Assembly: GCA_017499595.2 (NCBI GenBank) | Contig: CM039008.1 | Coordinates: 2,914,001 to 2,978,000, forward strand | DNA: 64,000 nucleotides | DNA from: Psilocybe cubensis | Lineage: Eukaryota | Direction: 5' to 3' | Part shown: positions 13,018 to 26,567 of the stretch, piece by piece | Layout: each line of letters begins with the position of its first letter | Position numbering within the stretch: position 1 is the stretch's first letter | Program-made: the position numbers and the translations under genes | Notes under the pieces: model-generated | Database searches by the model: none | What the model saw: the letters and a program-made list of their open reading frames with translations, nothing else | Told to the model about the DNA's origin: nothing

Positions 13018-14297
13018 ATGGATTATGCCTTTGAGCTAACCCAATCCCTCTCAAACTACATGAAGGCAAAGATAGCTAGTCGTCTTTGGCATGCAGAACT
13101 GCCTAATCAAATCCGGGAAAACTTCAGTGCTGAGACCATGTTTGAGTGCAATCTAGCTGTGGAGGTGATTTTGCAGGCATTTGAAAATCAAGGTATGCAA
13201 TCAATAAGCTTTGAAAATTGAGATTAAATAATGTGTGAATGGCAGAATATACGACGTGGGATGCAGAAGAATATTTGACCCATCTCAGCGCACGTTGCAC
13301 GGGTCAGAATTCTGCCGTTGAGGCTCGCCTGAAAGACCAGTTTCCTCCGGTGCATTCCACGTTACAGTACCAAACCCTGCCCGGAACTGTAATCGATAGT
13401 GCAGGCAACATATTGGTGTGGTACCTGCCAGGTATTTTGTCAGAGACAAGGGTGGTGAGTTTTAGAAACGGACCAATTAATTCCTATATTATGCGTTCTA
13501 AAGAGTAACAGGAGAGTGTGTGGAATTCATTACGGGATATTGAAACAATGATTCACAAGGCGGCACCTTTGGCCACAAGCTGGAGGGTCAATGACAGTTA
13601 CTTTCGACATGAGCCAGGTTGGCTTCAACCTGGAAATCTTAACTTTTCCCCGGCATGGTTTCAGCAAGGCCATGAGGTGAGAAACTTGTTTGCTAAGTAT
13701 TATACTGCCTCATATTTTCCTCAGACGTCCAACCCGCTTGAGGTCTCCTTGGACTTGTGTAATCCTATTGGACAGGAGTTTATACGAGACATGATGACAT
13801 CTTCGGCTTTGCTGGGAGCCATCTTGAGCATTATACACCCCGAGCAGTACCGGGCGGGAATAAAATTTCTTCAACGGCTTGCTGCGGAACCGGAGCTCGT
13901 CCATAAGGCCAAAATATTGAAGCAAATTCTCACAATATGGAGTTCGCCCTTTGGAGTCATGACCGCCATCAGCAACCGAGATACACCGTACCATCGGGAT
14001 AATGGGTCATGCTACTCATGGTACGATTTTTTGATGCCACTTGGGAAGGGTGAACATGGACGGCTTGAGCTTCCTGGCCTTGGACTTCGGTACAAGTATG
14101 ATCCCATGACCCTTGTTGCAATTACCGGCAGGTTGCTTCAACACGGCGCGGTGTGCGAGGGAGATAGGGCAGTCATAGTCTATTACATGCGTAGGAATGT
14201 ATTTAAAGAGCTGGGAGTCCAAGAGGCGGGATGGTCTACTACGTACGATCTTTTTGCAAATTTACCGGCCACCAACACTTTTGATTTTGAAATATGA
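13018..14297 (+). CDS. TET/JBP-family 2OG-Fe(II) dioxygenase (4 exons)
   Basis: Exons 13018-13192, 13246-13454, 13512-13676, 13725-14297; SPAWFQQGH, NRDTPYHRD (HxD), LLQHGA (distal His), DRAVIVYYMR (2OG-binding Arg); lies in a KDZ element. Confidence 0.9.
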
Positions 14298-14381
14298 TCA
14301 GTTTTTGACTTGGAAGTTGGGTTTGGGGAAGATTTTTTTATATTTCCAAAACAAAACGGTACGAAAGCTACAGAACAACCA

Positions 14382-14659
14382 GAATTCTCTGTCCCAGGGT
14401 GTTTCCGACGCGCCCGCGCTGAGCTCTTCCAAGGTTACCGGAATCATCGGACTCCGCCGTCGTATTACCGGCGGAAAAGGCATCATCCGCCTCCTCTTCG
14501 ATGTCCTGTGCGAGAGGTGGGCAACTAAGATTCCTCATCCCAGGGTGTTTCCGACACGTCCTCGCTAAGCTCTTCCGAGTTACCGGAAGCATCTGACTCC
14601 TCCGTCGTATCACCGGCGGAAGACTCCTCATCCGCCTCCTCTTCAAAGTCCTGTGCGAG
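14382..14659. repeat. Diverged ~135-bp tandem duplication
   Basis: ~14382-14515 resembles ~14529-14659 (CCCAGGGTGTTTCCGAC...CATCCGCCTCCTCTTC...GTCCTGTGCGAGA). Confidence 0.8.
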
Positions 14660-16149
14660 ATGCTCTAAAAACGTAGCTGGTGTAGAGGATTCAGTGGTAT
14701 CGGACGTACTATCAATATCATCCTCTTCTCCCGGGAAAACAGGTCTTGACCTTGCGTTAAAAAGGAAGGCATTGCTGGTGTGTGCATTTGACGGAGGGCT
14801 GACGGAACCGGGAGTAGGCAGAGTATCTGTTGGGAGATGAATATTTGCAGTGTTGGAGGGTGGCGAATGATACCAGAGTGGATGAAAAGGTAGTTCCTTG
14901 ACGGCAATAAAAGAATAAAAAATGTCGTTGATGTAAAATGAAGCGACTTTGAGCTTTGAGACCTCGAAGGACCGGGCTTGAGCCGTTATAGCGCCCCAAC
15001 TGTCAGGAGAAGGGTGAACGGGATGCTGAAATTTGTATTTGGCTGAAAGCCCCTTGCCGTTAGAGAACGGGTGCTCCTTAGAGTCAATCCACATCTTCTC
15101 CAATACAGAATATCTGCCCAAGGCGGCCGAAGAAGTAGTCACTGCTTTATGGGCATTTTTCATTTTGTCCGCCACATTCCGGCGCAGGTGAGCCAACTCC
15201 CTCATTACGCCCGTTAGGATAGGCTGACCGCAGTGGGGACAGTAGGGCGGTCTGTGGTCAGAAATTGCAATTGGGGATGTTTCATCCCGCGTGTTTGCAA
15301 CACGGGTCGGCGGATTGGGTTTCCCCGTGGGCGGTGAAAACGCGGAGCCGTGCTTTCCCGTCAACGCGGATCCGTGCTTCCCCAAGGTGGGGACGGATGT
15401 CCGTTCAGCCGCCTTTCCCTTGCCCTTGGGATTGTTTTCCTGATTTCTTGGAGGCCCAGAGGTAGATGAACTTGCGCCCTCCTTAGCTTCTTTCCTCTGA
15501 TTATTTAGCCGGAGTACCTCTTGTTGGTATTCAGGCAGAACCACCTGGTGGGAAGGACGCAAATCAGATATAATCCACAGCAATAAAAAAACATACCTTG
15601 TTCCAAAATTCTCTTGCTTGCGATTCAACGGTAACAAAGGCAACTTGCCACTCATCGCCTTCAGCAAATCCGTCCCTCCACCAATATCCCCAGCTCTTGG
15701 TCTGATTTAAAATTTCATCATCTTCCCATGCTGACCAGCTTTGATTTAGAGATTCAAATAGAACAGCTCGATGGTGGGGAGTTCGGTTCAAAACGGCATG
15801 TACGCTCTGATTGAGAATTTCTGATATAAAAAATGGAATATCGACTTGGAATCCATTGACATAGCAGTATCCGAGTACTCTCAGCAGTATAGCCTGACGA
15901 CCAGTTCTCAATACAAGATATAATCGTTCAAAATAACTGTCTTACCACCTCCAGGTCGAGCAAATACATCCATTTTTGGCGACGCACGGAGGAAACAGAG
16001 TCTCCGTTTGCAATGAACAAACGGTATCCGGCATGGATCCGTGCACCACAAATATGGACATGAACTTTGGCCAGAGCACGTCGCTCATCATAGGTAAGGA
16101 GATGATGTTCGTCCTCGACAGGAGGTTTAAAAAGCCGCGGTAAGTGCAT
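14525..16149 (-). CDS. KDZ cargo protein of unknown function (3 exons, CPHC motif, acidic tail)
   Basis: Exons 16149-15946, 15893-15597, 15544-14525 join in frame with GT-AG introns. Confidence 0.72.
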
Positions 16150-16193
16150 GAATTCAACGAGATGGGATACAACAAGAATGTTCAAAGAACTGG

Positions 16194-19100
16194 TTAATCT
16201 GTAATTATAAATCTCCACACGGACGGATACTCCGGGTTAATTTGACGGAAGACCTTATCCGCGGCCCGCCCCAGATCATTCCACATGGCAATCTGCTTTT
16301 GAGCATTTGCCCTGTGACCAACTAACCTGTCAGGAACAAAATCATGCCGTGCACGCCATGTCTTTGCCATATACACATAAAATCTGACAGTCCATTCCAT
16401 TTCCTTTTTTGTCAAGGCCAGCTCCTCTTGCCATCTATTCCTCTGAGCTCGCGCGCGGAGCCAGTTTAGCCTAAAGACTAAGAAGCCCTTGAGAAAAAAA
16501 TTAGAAATACAAATAGCAGTACTCACACTCATTAACGTATAATTGATTATCATTGTCCAGGCCCTGACGGGATCTCCAAATCCAACTTAGACGGTCCGAG
16601 CTTCCTCCGCGAATGTTCGGATCCGACACGGCATTACTATGCTTGCAATCATGGACTTGCAGAATGGGATATTGTTTCCGAATATTATCCTCATCTCGCA
16701 CGCCAGCAGATAAATAGATCATCTTCTGACGGTTTGTGTTGTAGAGTCGCCGGTGCAATTTCCAGGAAGCATTCAAAAGCTTGACGCCATCCCAAGCACG
16801 AGTCCCCATATAGATGGAGTCGGCGGTCCGAACCTGATATTTATACTGCCAAGAAAGCTGGATCAAGGCTGACCGGACCGCTTCCAGACAGTCCTCTGCG
16901 TGGCCATGTCTTATTTGAAGTTCAAGTTTGCGAAGCCCTTTTAAAATGAGGTTTGTTCCCGCGTCAAGGCCGTCAAAGAAATCTTGTTTGACGGCGGAGG
17001 GAAACAGAAGCGGCTGTCGTTCTGGATCCGCGCGGGTAATGTTGACATTTCCAAGATCAGGATCGTCGTTGTCACTGACTTCATAGTCAAGTATGGGAGC
17101 GATGTCCCCTTGAATATCCTCCAAGACATCTTCGCCCATGAAGGTCATAGCGGATCGACAGAAGGCTTCAACGCGGGTCCGCATGGAGCGACGTTTATTG
17201 ACCAAGTCAAGTTTCTGCGCGGTGGAAGGATGCTTTCCGAGCTTTCTGACATGGTCCCTGAGCTCCAATCTAAAAGCATGTTAAATTCTGTAGGATGCAA
17301 TTGAAATAATCGTACTGCGCTTGCTCCAGTTTTAAGCCGGATGATATCCATGCTGCCTTTCCAGTAGCACCATTAGATGTAAGTTCCATATTTGAAAGAT
17401 GCAATTCAATTTCTTGGCGTCCAGCAGCCGTTTTCACTTTGCTTGCCATTACCTTGCCAACAGCGTCGGCCACACCTTGTTCTCGGTCCGCTTCTGCTTT
17501 TGAAATTTCATCTTCCCAAGTGTTGATGAGCCCGGAATCTTGTTGATCCGTGATACCCCTATAAAATCGGTCTGTGATTCCGGACTGTTCCCGTGCCCGT
17601 TTGAACTTTGCAGCAATTGTTGCAGCCATATTAATGGTCTTCTTCCAGTTGGAATCCCCCATGTGGTCGTCCAAAACCTCTGCTCGATGGGCAGTGGTAG
17701 CGGAACGTGTACTCCGGGATGTGTCATTCAACACGGACCACAACGGCTCCAGGATTTCTCCGTCAATGATTCCCACACCCGGGACATAGGTGGATGCGTA
17801 GTTGTAAAGACATTCCGTCTTGTGCCCGTGGACGTGAAATAAACCAATTGCAAAAATCATTTTAACAGAAGGTGGCCAATGCATTTTTGTGGACTCTGAG
17901 AGACGCCTTGCCAAGTTAACGCAATATTGACAGTTTATATCGTAGATTTCCAAATGTTTTGTGATTCCCTGTGTGTTGGTAGTTTCCCTGGCCTGAGTCA
18001 AAGACCAATCCATGTGCATCTGCTTTTCGCCTTTGTCAAAATCGACAACGCTGGATGGACAGAAGCATCCGTGCCTAGCGCAAGCGTGTGCCCCAATTCC
18101 ACGTACTCTCTTACCCGGGCTGACTCTGTTTTCAGCTTTCTGGGCGTGGTAGTTATGACATGTTTGTTCCTGATATTTTTTTACACGGAGGATAAGCCAT
18201 CCGCCGTGGAAGATTTTTTTGACACGGAAGGGAAGCATCCGCCGTGGAAGATTGTGACACGGAACGTAAGCATCCGCCGTGAAAGATAAATCATGGTAGA
18301 TAACGCACCCGTTTATAACGTGGAGCAAGAGAAATTGCTTCCTTGATGTGCTCCTTGTATGGGCCCGGAGCAGTCATGTATCCTTCTCCAACGCTCAACC
18401 AAACATCGTCTCCCTCGTTTTTCTGATTGAGGTGATCTGCTTTGAAATTACCATCTGCAACATAACTACGTATGTACAGATTGCTATTTGCTGTTAATTG
18501 CAGTCACCCTTGAAGAATAACTAAAACTTGCCTGTCAGCATCATCAATCCAGGTATCAGGTAGGTTTATTCCAGGCTGTGGACAGGCGGGGCAGAATAAG
18601 GCCAACTTCCCTCTCCTATCTTCAACTTTGGGATGATCCTCGGTCCGCGTCATTTGTGGTGCAGGCGGACCATCTAATCCGCCGTGTCCCAGAGACGGGT
18701 CCGTTGACATTCCGACTTCTTGAGACGGACTATCAGATCCGCCGTCAATTGGATCAGATACATTAATACCCATCCTCTCTGGTGATGAATCATGGCAATG
18801 ATGATAGTAAGGGACCACCGCTTCTCTTGTATGCCCTTCTCCGTATTGTCGTCTCAGGACAAGGTCCCTGTATTCTCTACTAAGCCTTCTCAATTCACGA
18901 TAGCGGTTCAGCACCTTTTTTGGAAACGCTGGCAAAGTCAGTCTTCGCAACTTTTGGTAATACTGATAAGCCGACGTTTTGCACTCGAGGTTGTCCATCC
19001 GAAAGTCCTCAAGGACCTCAACTGTGAACACAGTTTGAACGTTTTCAAAGCTGGCTGCAAATAATCCCATCTCCAGATACTGTAAATTGATAGACGGAAG

Positions 19101-20116
19101 GCGGACGGACCGGCATGTGCATGTTCGCACGGGCAGATAATGGACTCCGGAGGTGTGCACAATTGCCTTGAAAGGAATTCCATTGTTGTCTGCTGCCTTT
19201 GGACGAGGTTGGTCCAGATAGGTTGTATCGACTTCCTCGAATAGATCATCGTCTTCATCGTCTCCATCGTCCAGCTCAACCAAATGGGGTACCTCCGGGT
19301 CCGCCAGAAGCTGAGCCGTAAAGGATTCTTGGTCATTGCTCGCAGGAAGCGGATCCAGGTCCAATCCGTGTTCATCCTCAAAGATGGGCAAATTGTTTCC
19401 GCCGTGCCCATGACTCCCGGATGAATTGTTTCCGCCGTCGCATCCTAGATGGCTCGGATCCGTGGGATAAGGACACCGCTTCCCATTATGACCCAAATAC
19501 AACTTGACACCCACTTCCCACAGAGCTCCCGGACGGAAATATAGACCCGTCCACTTCTCAACGCGGTGGAAAGGTGTAAATTGATGGTTTCTTCGCAGGC
19601 ATTCAGAACACAAAATTCTAGAGCCAAAGCATTGGCAACATCTCCACACTCCAGACATTCCTTGACATTGCTGACACCGTCCATTCAGATCCGGATCCGG
19701 GGCTTCTCCTCCAATCATTGTTCCAAGATACACCTCTCGTTTCGGGAGCCATTCCCTCAGGTAATCATTTTGAGACTGGATAGGTAAAGTCATCCTGATC
19801 ATTCTACTGAAAACATGTTAAAACATACCTTTCCTCCCGTTCTGTCGTCATCTAGCTGTCTCAGGTTATCAAGTACCTGCTGATCAGTTAGATCTCCCGG
19901 ATAATGAGGTATTTCTTCTTCCAGAATGTTGTGTTCATGGTTTTGGAAAGAGTAAGTCGTTGTTTGAGGGAGGTTTGTTGATGATGATTCTGCAGGAAGT
20001 TTGTGGATCCTCGGCCGCCCTCTCTTTCGTTTCTTGGCCCCACTAGACCAGGAGGCCTCCCGAACATTGGGAAACTCCTCATCCGATCCCCTATCAGGTA
20101 CTTTCTTGAAGCCCAT
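16194..20116 (-). CDS. KDZ transposase with CxC2-type cysteine cluster (6 exons)
   Basis: CQQC..CCQC..CSEC..H..PFH; VHTSGVH..CTC; CPACPQPGINLP; DGNFK; CARH; YDINCQY; FHVHGHKTEC; DGEILEPLW; WLRARAQRNRWQEE; exons 20116-19829, 19775-18532, 18483-18309, 18169-17316, 17269-16527, 16477-16194. Confidence 0.93.
18183..18297. repeat. Three ~36-bp tandem repeats in a transposase intron
   Basis: ACACGGA-N3-AAGC(C)ATCCGCCGTGRAAGAT three times. Confidence 0.85.
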
Positions 20117-20995
20117 GGATGTTGGAAACAAAGAGTCTGACAGCCTGTGAGCGCAGATCTAAATGTAGTATAACATGTTTATTTCTGTAGATAAATTTCC
20201 CTCAATTATGCCGTTTTAAAGAGGAGAAAAATAGCTTTCATATGACTTATCTTGCAGCATATTTGGATGAGTGAGTGAAATGTTATGAACAAAACTTAAT
20301 CCAGAGATGCACAAAATGGACGTGATCCCATCATAAATGTACAATATGATGCAGAACGACCCTTTCAGAACCACACTTTGGAGTGTTTTTGAAATATCTT
20401 TTCACTGGCTGGCCCCTCATTCCTCCGGCGTATATCATATGAAAGATATTTTTAATAGCTACCGAATGACATTTTTTGTAGAATGTGAATCCTCGTATTT
20501 AAGGAGATATTCTCAATATACTAGAAAATGTGTCAAAATGAGCTCACTGGGATCATTATATTTTTTGAAAAAAATTATGCATTTGAATACCTCTCATGGT
20601 CTCTGAGATGACTGCCGTTTTGGGTTTCACAAGTTTTGGGTGAGAAGACGTGAATTTGAATTTTGTGTTTCTGTATCTTTACAGCCATCTAACAAGAATT
20701 TAAAACCTTGTAAGATTATCTTTATATAAAGCGCTAAATGTTTACAAAATTTCATGTTTATTGATTGAGTGCAGAGGGAACTATTGCAAAATCATGAGGT
20801 CAATGTATGTGACAGCAACCAGCATGCTTTGATCATCGTGGCCAACGATGAAGCGGGATTACCTGATTGGGAAAAATATGACATCACATCATTCATTTAG
20901 TATGATCGGAAGCTTATTTTATCTCCGTATGACGTGAGATTTGACTAGATCACACAGATACTCATCGATAAGCTACTTGTTACATCGCTGCAATT

Positions 20996-23243
20996 ATGCC
21001 CACCAATGCATCCCCCGACGCGGATCCGCTTCCTTCCACCGCAAATGCCACAACCCACAACGGACCCAGAAGCGGACAGACGGCGGAGGGTGACTTTCCG
21101 CCGGAAGAATCAAATATATGGACCACAAAGGAAATGCGCGTGTTGAAAAAGCATGTACAGCCCTACAAAGATACATCAAAGTCATCCAAAGCAGACTACA
21201 TACAGAACACTGTCATACCTGAGCTGCAAGCTACATGGGATCACAGATACTCTAGACGTGCTAGGAAGGAAGATAAGCAACTACACAAAGAATGGAAGGT
21301 GAAGAAGCATGTGAGCTCGTTGTTTCTTTGAAAATTTTGTTACACACATAAACCATCACAATAGCGAATTTTTAATTGGTTTAGAAACCATGCGTCAAAT
21401 CGAATTGGTGTAAAATTGGAAGGATTGAACTCCCGTATAACCTTTCAGACGGTATTCCGTGAGGAGAAGTCGGCAGAGATTGACTCCGAGGTTGCGCTTC
21501 TATCAGGGAATGCTGCTCGTGGAAGTAAAGATTGGATGAAGTTTTATCAACAAGGACGTAAGCAGGTTGAGGCCAGATTGACTCAGGAGGAGCGGGACAG
21601 GTTCATGGAGATCCTCGAGGAATGGAATAAGAAAGGTGTTTCAAAATCAATGAAGGCAAAGTGAGTCGGTGGAACTTGTTTCCGCCGTCAATCTGACATC
21701 TGCAGGACTGCTGCCAGGCAAGGCAGAAAAATACTTCGACAAATGGAGAAACTTAAGTGGCAGAGAATGGGTATGAGGTCCATTACCTTTGAGGGGCATT
21801 ATGATATTGAGGGTAAAATCGAATACTCAATGTAAGTGTTAAACACGGCATGAACAAGTTCCGCCGTGAATGCTTACGGCGGAATAATTTGGCCCGTATT
21901 AATGTTGACTGATGGGCATTGAAGGACCCAGACAAGCGATCTAGCACTCGACGATGTCAGAATTCCTTCCTTTGGGCAACTCTTTCCATCCGAGTTGGCC
22001 GCTTTTCGCAGAGCGTTTGTTCAATACCTTGTCCACATTTCAGAAATAGAGAAGGGTGTGGCCAATCCAGCACTGCCAGATGCATCGTTTCATGAAAAAT
22101 CCCTCAAGTTTAGCAGCAATGGATTTCCAATAGTACCTAGTCCTATCTATGGCTCAACTGGGAGAGAAGTCGCTTATGCGCAAAAGTCAATTATTAGAAT
22201 TTACATGAACAAGGTTTATGGTGTGTAATTTGTCTATGTCCTCAACAAACTTGCTAACTATGTATACAGCTTTAGCCAAGGATAGGCCTGGTTCAAGTGT
22301 TCCTTGGGATGCTCTTGAAAGGCGTTCTGCAGAAATGATTGATCCAGAGCATTGGCCAAGTTCAATCCCCGTGACGGATCCGAGCCGGCTCCGCCTGGAG
22401 TCAACTTCTGCAATTCTCAAGCTATGGAGGGACCGTCAAGCGCAAGGAGACATCCCCTTTAAATTCTCAAAGGTTTTTGGAAATGGCTATGACATTATGG
22501 AACCTCTCTATCCGTCCAACTTGTTTGACGGCCTAGAAGCCCACCCGATACCTCCACCTCCTGCAGCCATAACCAAACGTCGGCTGAGGCAAAAAGCTAT
22601 ACGACTTCAAACCCAATCTTCAAGCGACTCTGAATCATCCAATCTGTCAGAGTTTGATAATGGACGGGGCAGTCCGGCATCCGCGATGCCACGCACTACT
22701 GCCAGATTTGAAGTCACGCCAGAGACGGATGAGACTCCTACCGACGCACCTTCAAGATCTAGCGAGCCACCCTCTCTACCAAGTAGATCCAGCCCAACAA
22801 TTGTCAATCCATCATCCAGCCCAACTCCAGAGGTTGAGGAGGCGCCTCCCAAGCCAGCTAGAAAGATTATGCCAAGAAAAAGAACAAAGCCATATGTCGG
22901 AACGGCGGAAATGGATGGACCCGATGAAGAGAGTTCTGTACCCCCCCCAGTTAAGCCAAAACCAACTAGAAGGATTCAACCTAGGAAAAGAACAAAGCCC
23001 TACTCAGATCCACTTGACACAGTGGAAGAAGATGGAGTCCAAACAGGAACAACCCAAGACACGGATAATACACGGGCCGGCAGGGACGTGACTTGTGATG
23101 CCTTTGTGGAGACAGTAACAAGTCCAGATACGGATGAAACACGGGCCCGCAGGAATGTGACTTCGGATGCCTTAGCACTTCAGGAAGCAAGTCTGCTTGC
23201 TGTAGCAGGTAAAAGACAAAGAAAAAAAACTTTGAAAGCCTAG
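20996..23243 (+). CDS. KDZ-associated protein with WFxN helical region and HMG-like segment, S/P/T-rich tail (multi-exon)
   Basis: RIFNWFRNH; WMKFYQQGRKQVEARLTQEERDRFMEILEEWNKKG resembles a divergent HMG box; HMG genes are known companions of KDZ-TET elements. Confidence 0.7.
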
Positions 23244-23510
23244 CTGTTGAAGTAGATTCATGATACCTATTGAATGTGATGCTTTTTATTCTTATCTTGA
23301 TGTTTCTCAAACATGTTTTCACACAAAATCAAAACAGAAAGCGGGGTTCATTAAAAATCATCAAGTGCTACTTTTTGGGAGAGGTATAAAACAGATGAGC
23401 ACATGAGAGTAAAAACTATATACAGTCCAAATATTAAAAATTGTACAATGCAATCTATGAGACAAGGCAAAAAAGGAGACCAAAAAAAAGTTACAAAGAA
23501 TTGAAATACA

Positions 23511-26082
23511 CTACTTTTTTTGGGCCTTGGATTTTTTGGGCGAGCGCGATGCTTCAGCCAGAGTCGTTTCCGCCTTTCGCTTTCGTCCAGCCCTTGTCTT
23601 TGTGGCTATGTTCGACGCGGGCAGCGTGGACGCCACGATCTCAACATCCTCCTCCTCCACAATTTCAACCTCGTCGCTGTCCGAGGGATCAGACAACTCC
23701 GATGAGTGTCCATTCCCGGATGGCCCAGCCTTGGAGGATGGCTTAGCCTTTGACAATGGCTTAGCCTTTGAGGATGGGCCGGCCTTTGACGATGGCGCGG
23801 CCTTTGACGATGGTGCACCCTTTGACAACGGTGCGGCCTTTGACGTCGAACTTCGAGGACGTGGAGCTGGGAGAGGGGGTGGTGGAGACAGGGAAAGGAT
23901 GGGCGGTACCGGTGGGAGCGAGGGTCGGCCAGCTGGGGGGGGGCGAAGGCGCTTCCGGAGTCGAACCGGGCAAGAATAGCGCTGTTGGTGGCGCAGACAC
24001 GGCAGGGAGGACGGGTGCGGGTGGAGGTGGGGGAGGGGAAGGGAGGACAGGTGCTGGCGGTGGTGGAGGAGGGGAAGGGAGAATGGGTGCTGCTGGAGGT
24101 GGAGGTGGGGAAGGGAGGGGTGCTGGCGGTGGTGGTGCGCTTGGGGATTGTGGCACAGAGGTGGGTTCACGGGTCCGCGACGGACCCGATTCTTGTTCGA
24201 CCTCCGTCTTGGAGGGTCCTGCTGCCTGTTTGGGGGCGGGATTCCTTTGTTCATCCTGCTCTAGCAAATCGTCGACCACATCTCGGACGTGGTTGATCCT
24301 CTTGGTGATGTCGTTGAACATCGTGACGGAAAGCGAGGTGCTTCCTGCCACTTGTTCTTTGGCCATGGTCCATTCGGCCTTCACCTCTTGGATGCCGTCC
24401 TCGATGCTCTTCATCCTGTTCTCCACCGCCAAGTTCGTCTCGGCAAACGTCGCAATCCGTGCATTAATCGCCGTCATGGACGCGGATAACCCGTCCAGCC
24501 GTTCCATGATTCTGCCTTGGCGCTCAAAGAGCTGCACAAGCAGTTCTCCCACATCCTCGGGGAACGACCCTTCCCCGGCCTTCCCCTTCGCCGGAACATC
24601 TTCTCCCTCCTCCAACTTCAACGCCTCCCCATAGCTTCCCAGTGGCGTCGTCAAAAATTGACCCACGAAGGTGTTGCGCCCCGGGTAGAAGCTGCAGTGG
24701 ATCTTGCGAGACTTGCAAGACTCGCAAGATTGGTGCTTCACGGGGACGAGAGGCTCAGTGCCTGTCTCCCCCTTGACATAGCATGGCACCTTGAATTTGA
24801 TGCATGCCATGCACCTTTCCACCATGTCCACCATCCCCTCTGGCACCTGGCGCACTTTCTGGGATCTCGACCGCGCCTTCCTGATGGGGGGGACATCGTC
24901 CTCGGCGTCCTTCTTTACGGAACGCGTGCGCATCTTCCGGGTGGGGGTGGCAGTGGGGGTGGTAGGCGGTGCCCCTTTGTTATCGCCTTCGTCGTCCTCG
25001 TCGACGTCCGCGTCCGCGTCTTCGTCCGTGTGGCTTCCTATGATCGCCTTGCTCCTGAATTTCCCCTGCTTGGACTTCGCCAATCTTTCCAGCTTTTCCC
25101 TGTACGCTGGGTGACCGGGCATGTTGGAGGCGGTAATATGGGGAATGATTTCCCCCTTCTTTGTCCGTGGGCCCCTGTAATCCGCTGGAGCCAACTGAAT
25201 GGACTCCACGGGGTCCGCCGCTTTCCGTTTGCCCTTGTCTTTGTGGGCGTCTGTCACGGGTCCGTCTTCCACCGGGGGTTTGACTGCCTTGCCCTTGCCC
25301 TTCTCGGCCCGTCTCTTCTCCGTCTCCTCCTTGTTCCTCTCCTCGTCTGTCTCCTGCTCCTGCTCCTGCTCCTGCTCCCTCTTCCTCCTCTCCTCCGCCT
25401 TCTGCCTCTCCTGCTCCCTGGTCCTCCTCTCCTGCTCCCTCTTCCTCCTCTCATCCTTTCTCCTCTCCTCCACCTTCTGCTTCTCTTCCTCCCTCTTCCT
25501 CCTCTCCTCCTCCCTCTGCCTCTCCTCCTCCTCCTCCCTCTGCCTCTCCTCTTCCTCCTCCCTCTTCTTCTTCTCCTCCCTCTTCCTCCTCACCTCCCTC
25601 TTCCTCCTCTCCTCCACCCTCTGCCTCTCCTCCTCCTCTTGCTCCTCCTTCTCCCTCCTCTTCTCTTGCTCCTCCTCCTCCCTCCTCTTCCTCTGTGCCT
25701 CCTGGCCTTCCTGGTAGGCCTTGAAGTTGGCGACTTGATGTTTGAGCGTCGCCCAGTCGACCTCAAACCTGTAGATGTTCTCGCCGTCCTTGCCCTGGAT
25801 GACTTTGTACGAGTAGACAACGGGGCTCGCAACATAGTCAATGAGCCGGAAGCGGGCGGCGTCCCTGACATGCTCCTGACACAATGGAACCTATTGGAAT
25901 TTTTTTTTTTTTGTTGAGCAAGTCATGATCTTATAAAATTGAGAACTTACCAAGTCCCTGTAAAGCTGCTCCAACTCAGCGTTGAACGCGCTTTCACCGT
26001 TGCGGTAGCACTCGGTAAACTTTTTTTCCCAGTCAGCGAGGCGTTGGGCGAAGGTGGCGGTGGTGGAAGATGAAGCGGCCAT
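23511..26082 (-). CDS. KDZ cargo protein: E/R/K-rich coil, Zn2Cys6-like cluster, coiled coil, Pro-rich and basic tail; apparent frameshift at a G9 run
   Basis: Exon 26082-25951 spliced to 25890; C-x2-C-x6-C-x18-C-x2-C-x6-C at 24813-24694; frame change at 23935-23943. Confidence 0.75.
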
Positions 26083-26567
26083 TGAAAAAAGCGTGTTTTT
26101 ATGGGGGAAGACGCGTTAAATGGGTGAGGCACGGTAGAATGTGAGGGTGGTGATCGTGGTTGGAGTTTGTCTAAAAAAAGTCTAAAAAAAAGCGGTCCCG
26201 CAAAACAAAACCATACACAAACATGTACAATCTGAGTCATGTGATTTCTTCACCAGATCCAGTTTGTGCAAAAGTTGCTAAGTTCGATACACGGGTGAAT
26301 CTATTTCCGTGTCATGGAGAATCCTCGGATAGTATTGTATTCCGTGAGATATATAAACAAGCCCACCCAGTTGCACTTTCTGGACTGTATGTCCTCCTAC
26401 AACTTTATTCCCACCTCTAGCAAAAATTCCCCCATTGACTACACCAGTCTCAACAATCTTACCAGGCTTCTTGAAAAACTGAAGGAACCTCCTCCCGTAA
26501 AACCTATAAAATGTAAGACTAATGGCATTAATTCAAGTAAATTTTAATTGATTTCTGAGCATCAGCA

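Noticed and set aside
17270-18328. N-terminal ~50 aa of the 352-aa ORF
   Set aside because: Intron 18170-18308 read-through; the real upstream exon carries DGNFK
24517-25917. 466-aa Leu/Pro-rich ORF and overlapping Ser/Leu ORFs
   Set aside because: Antisense shadows of the low-complexity E/R/K region of the minus-strand gene
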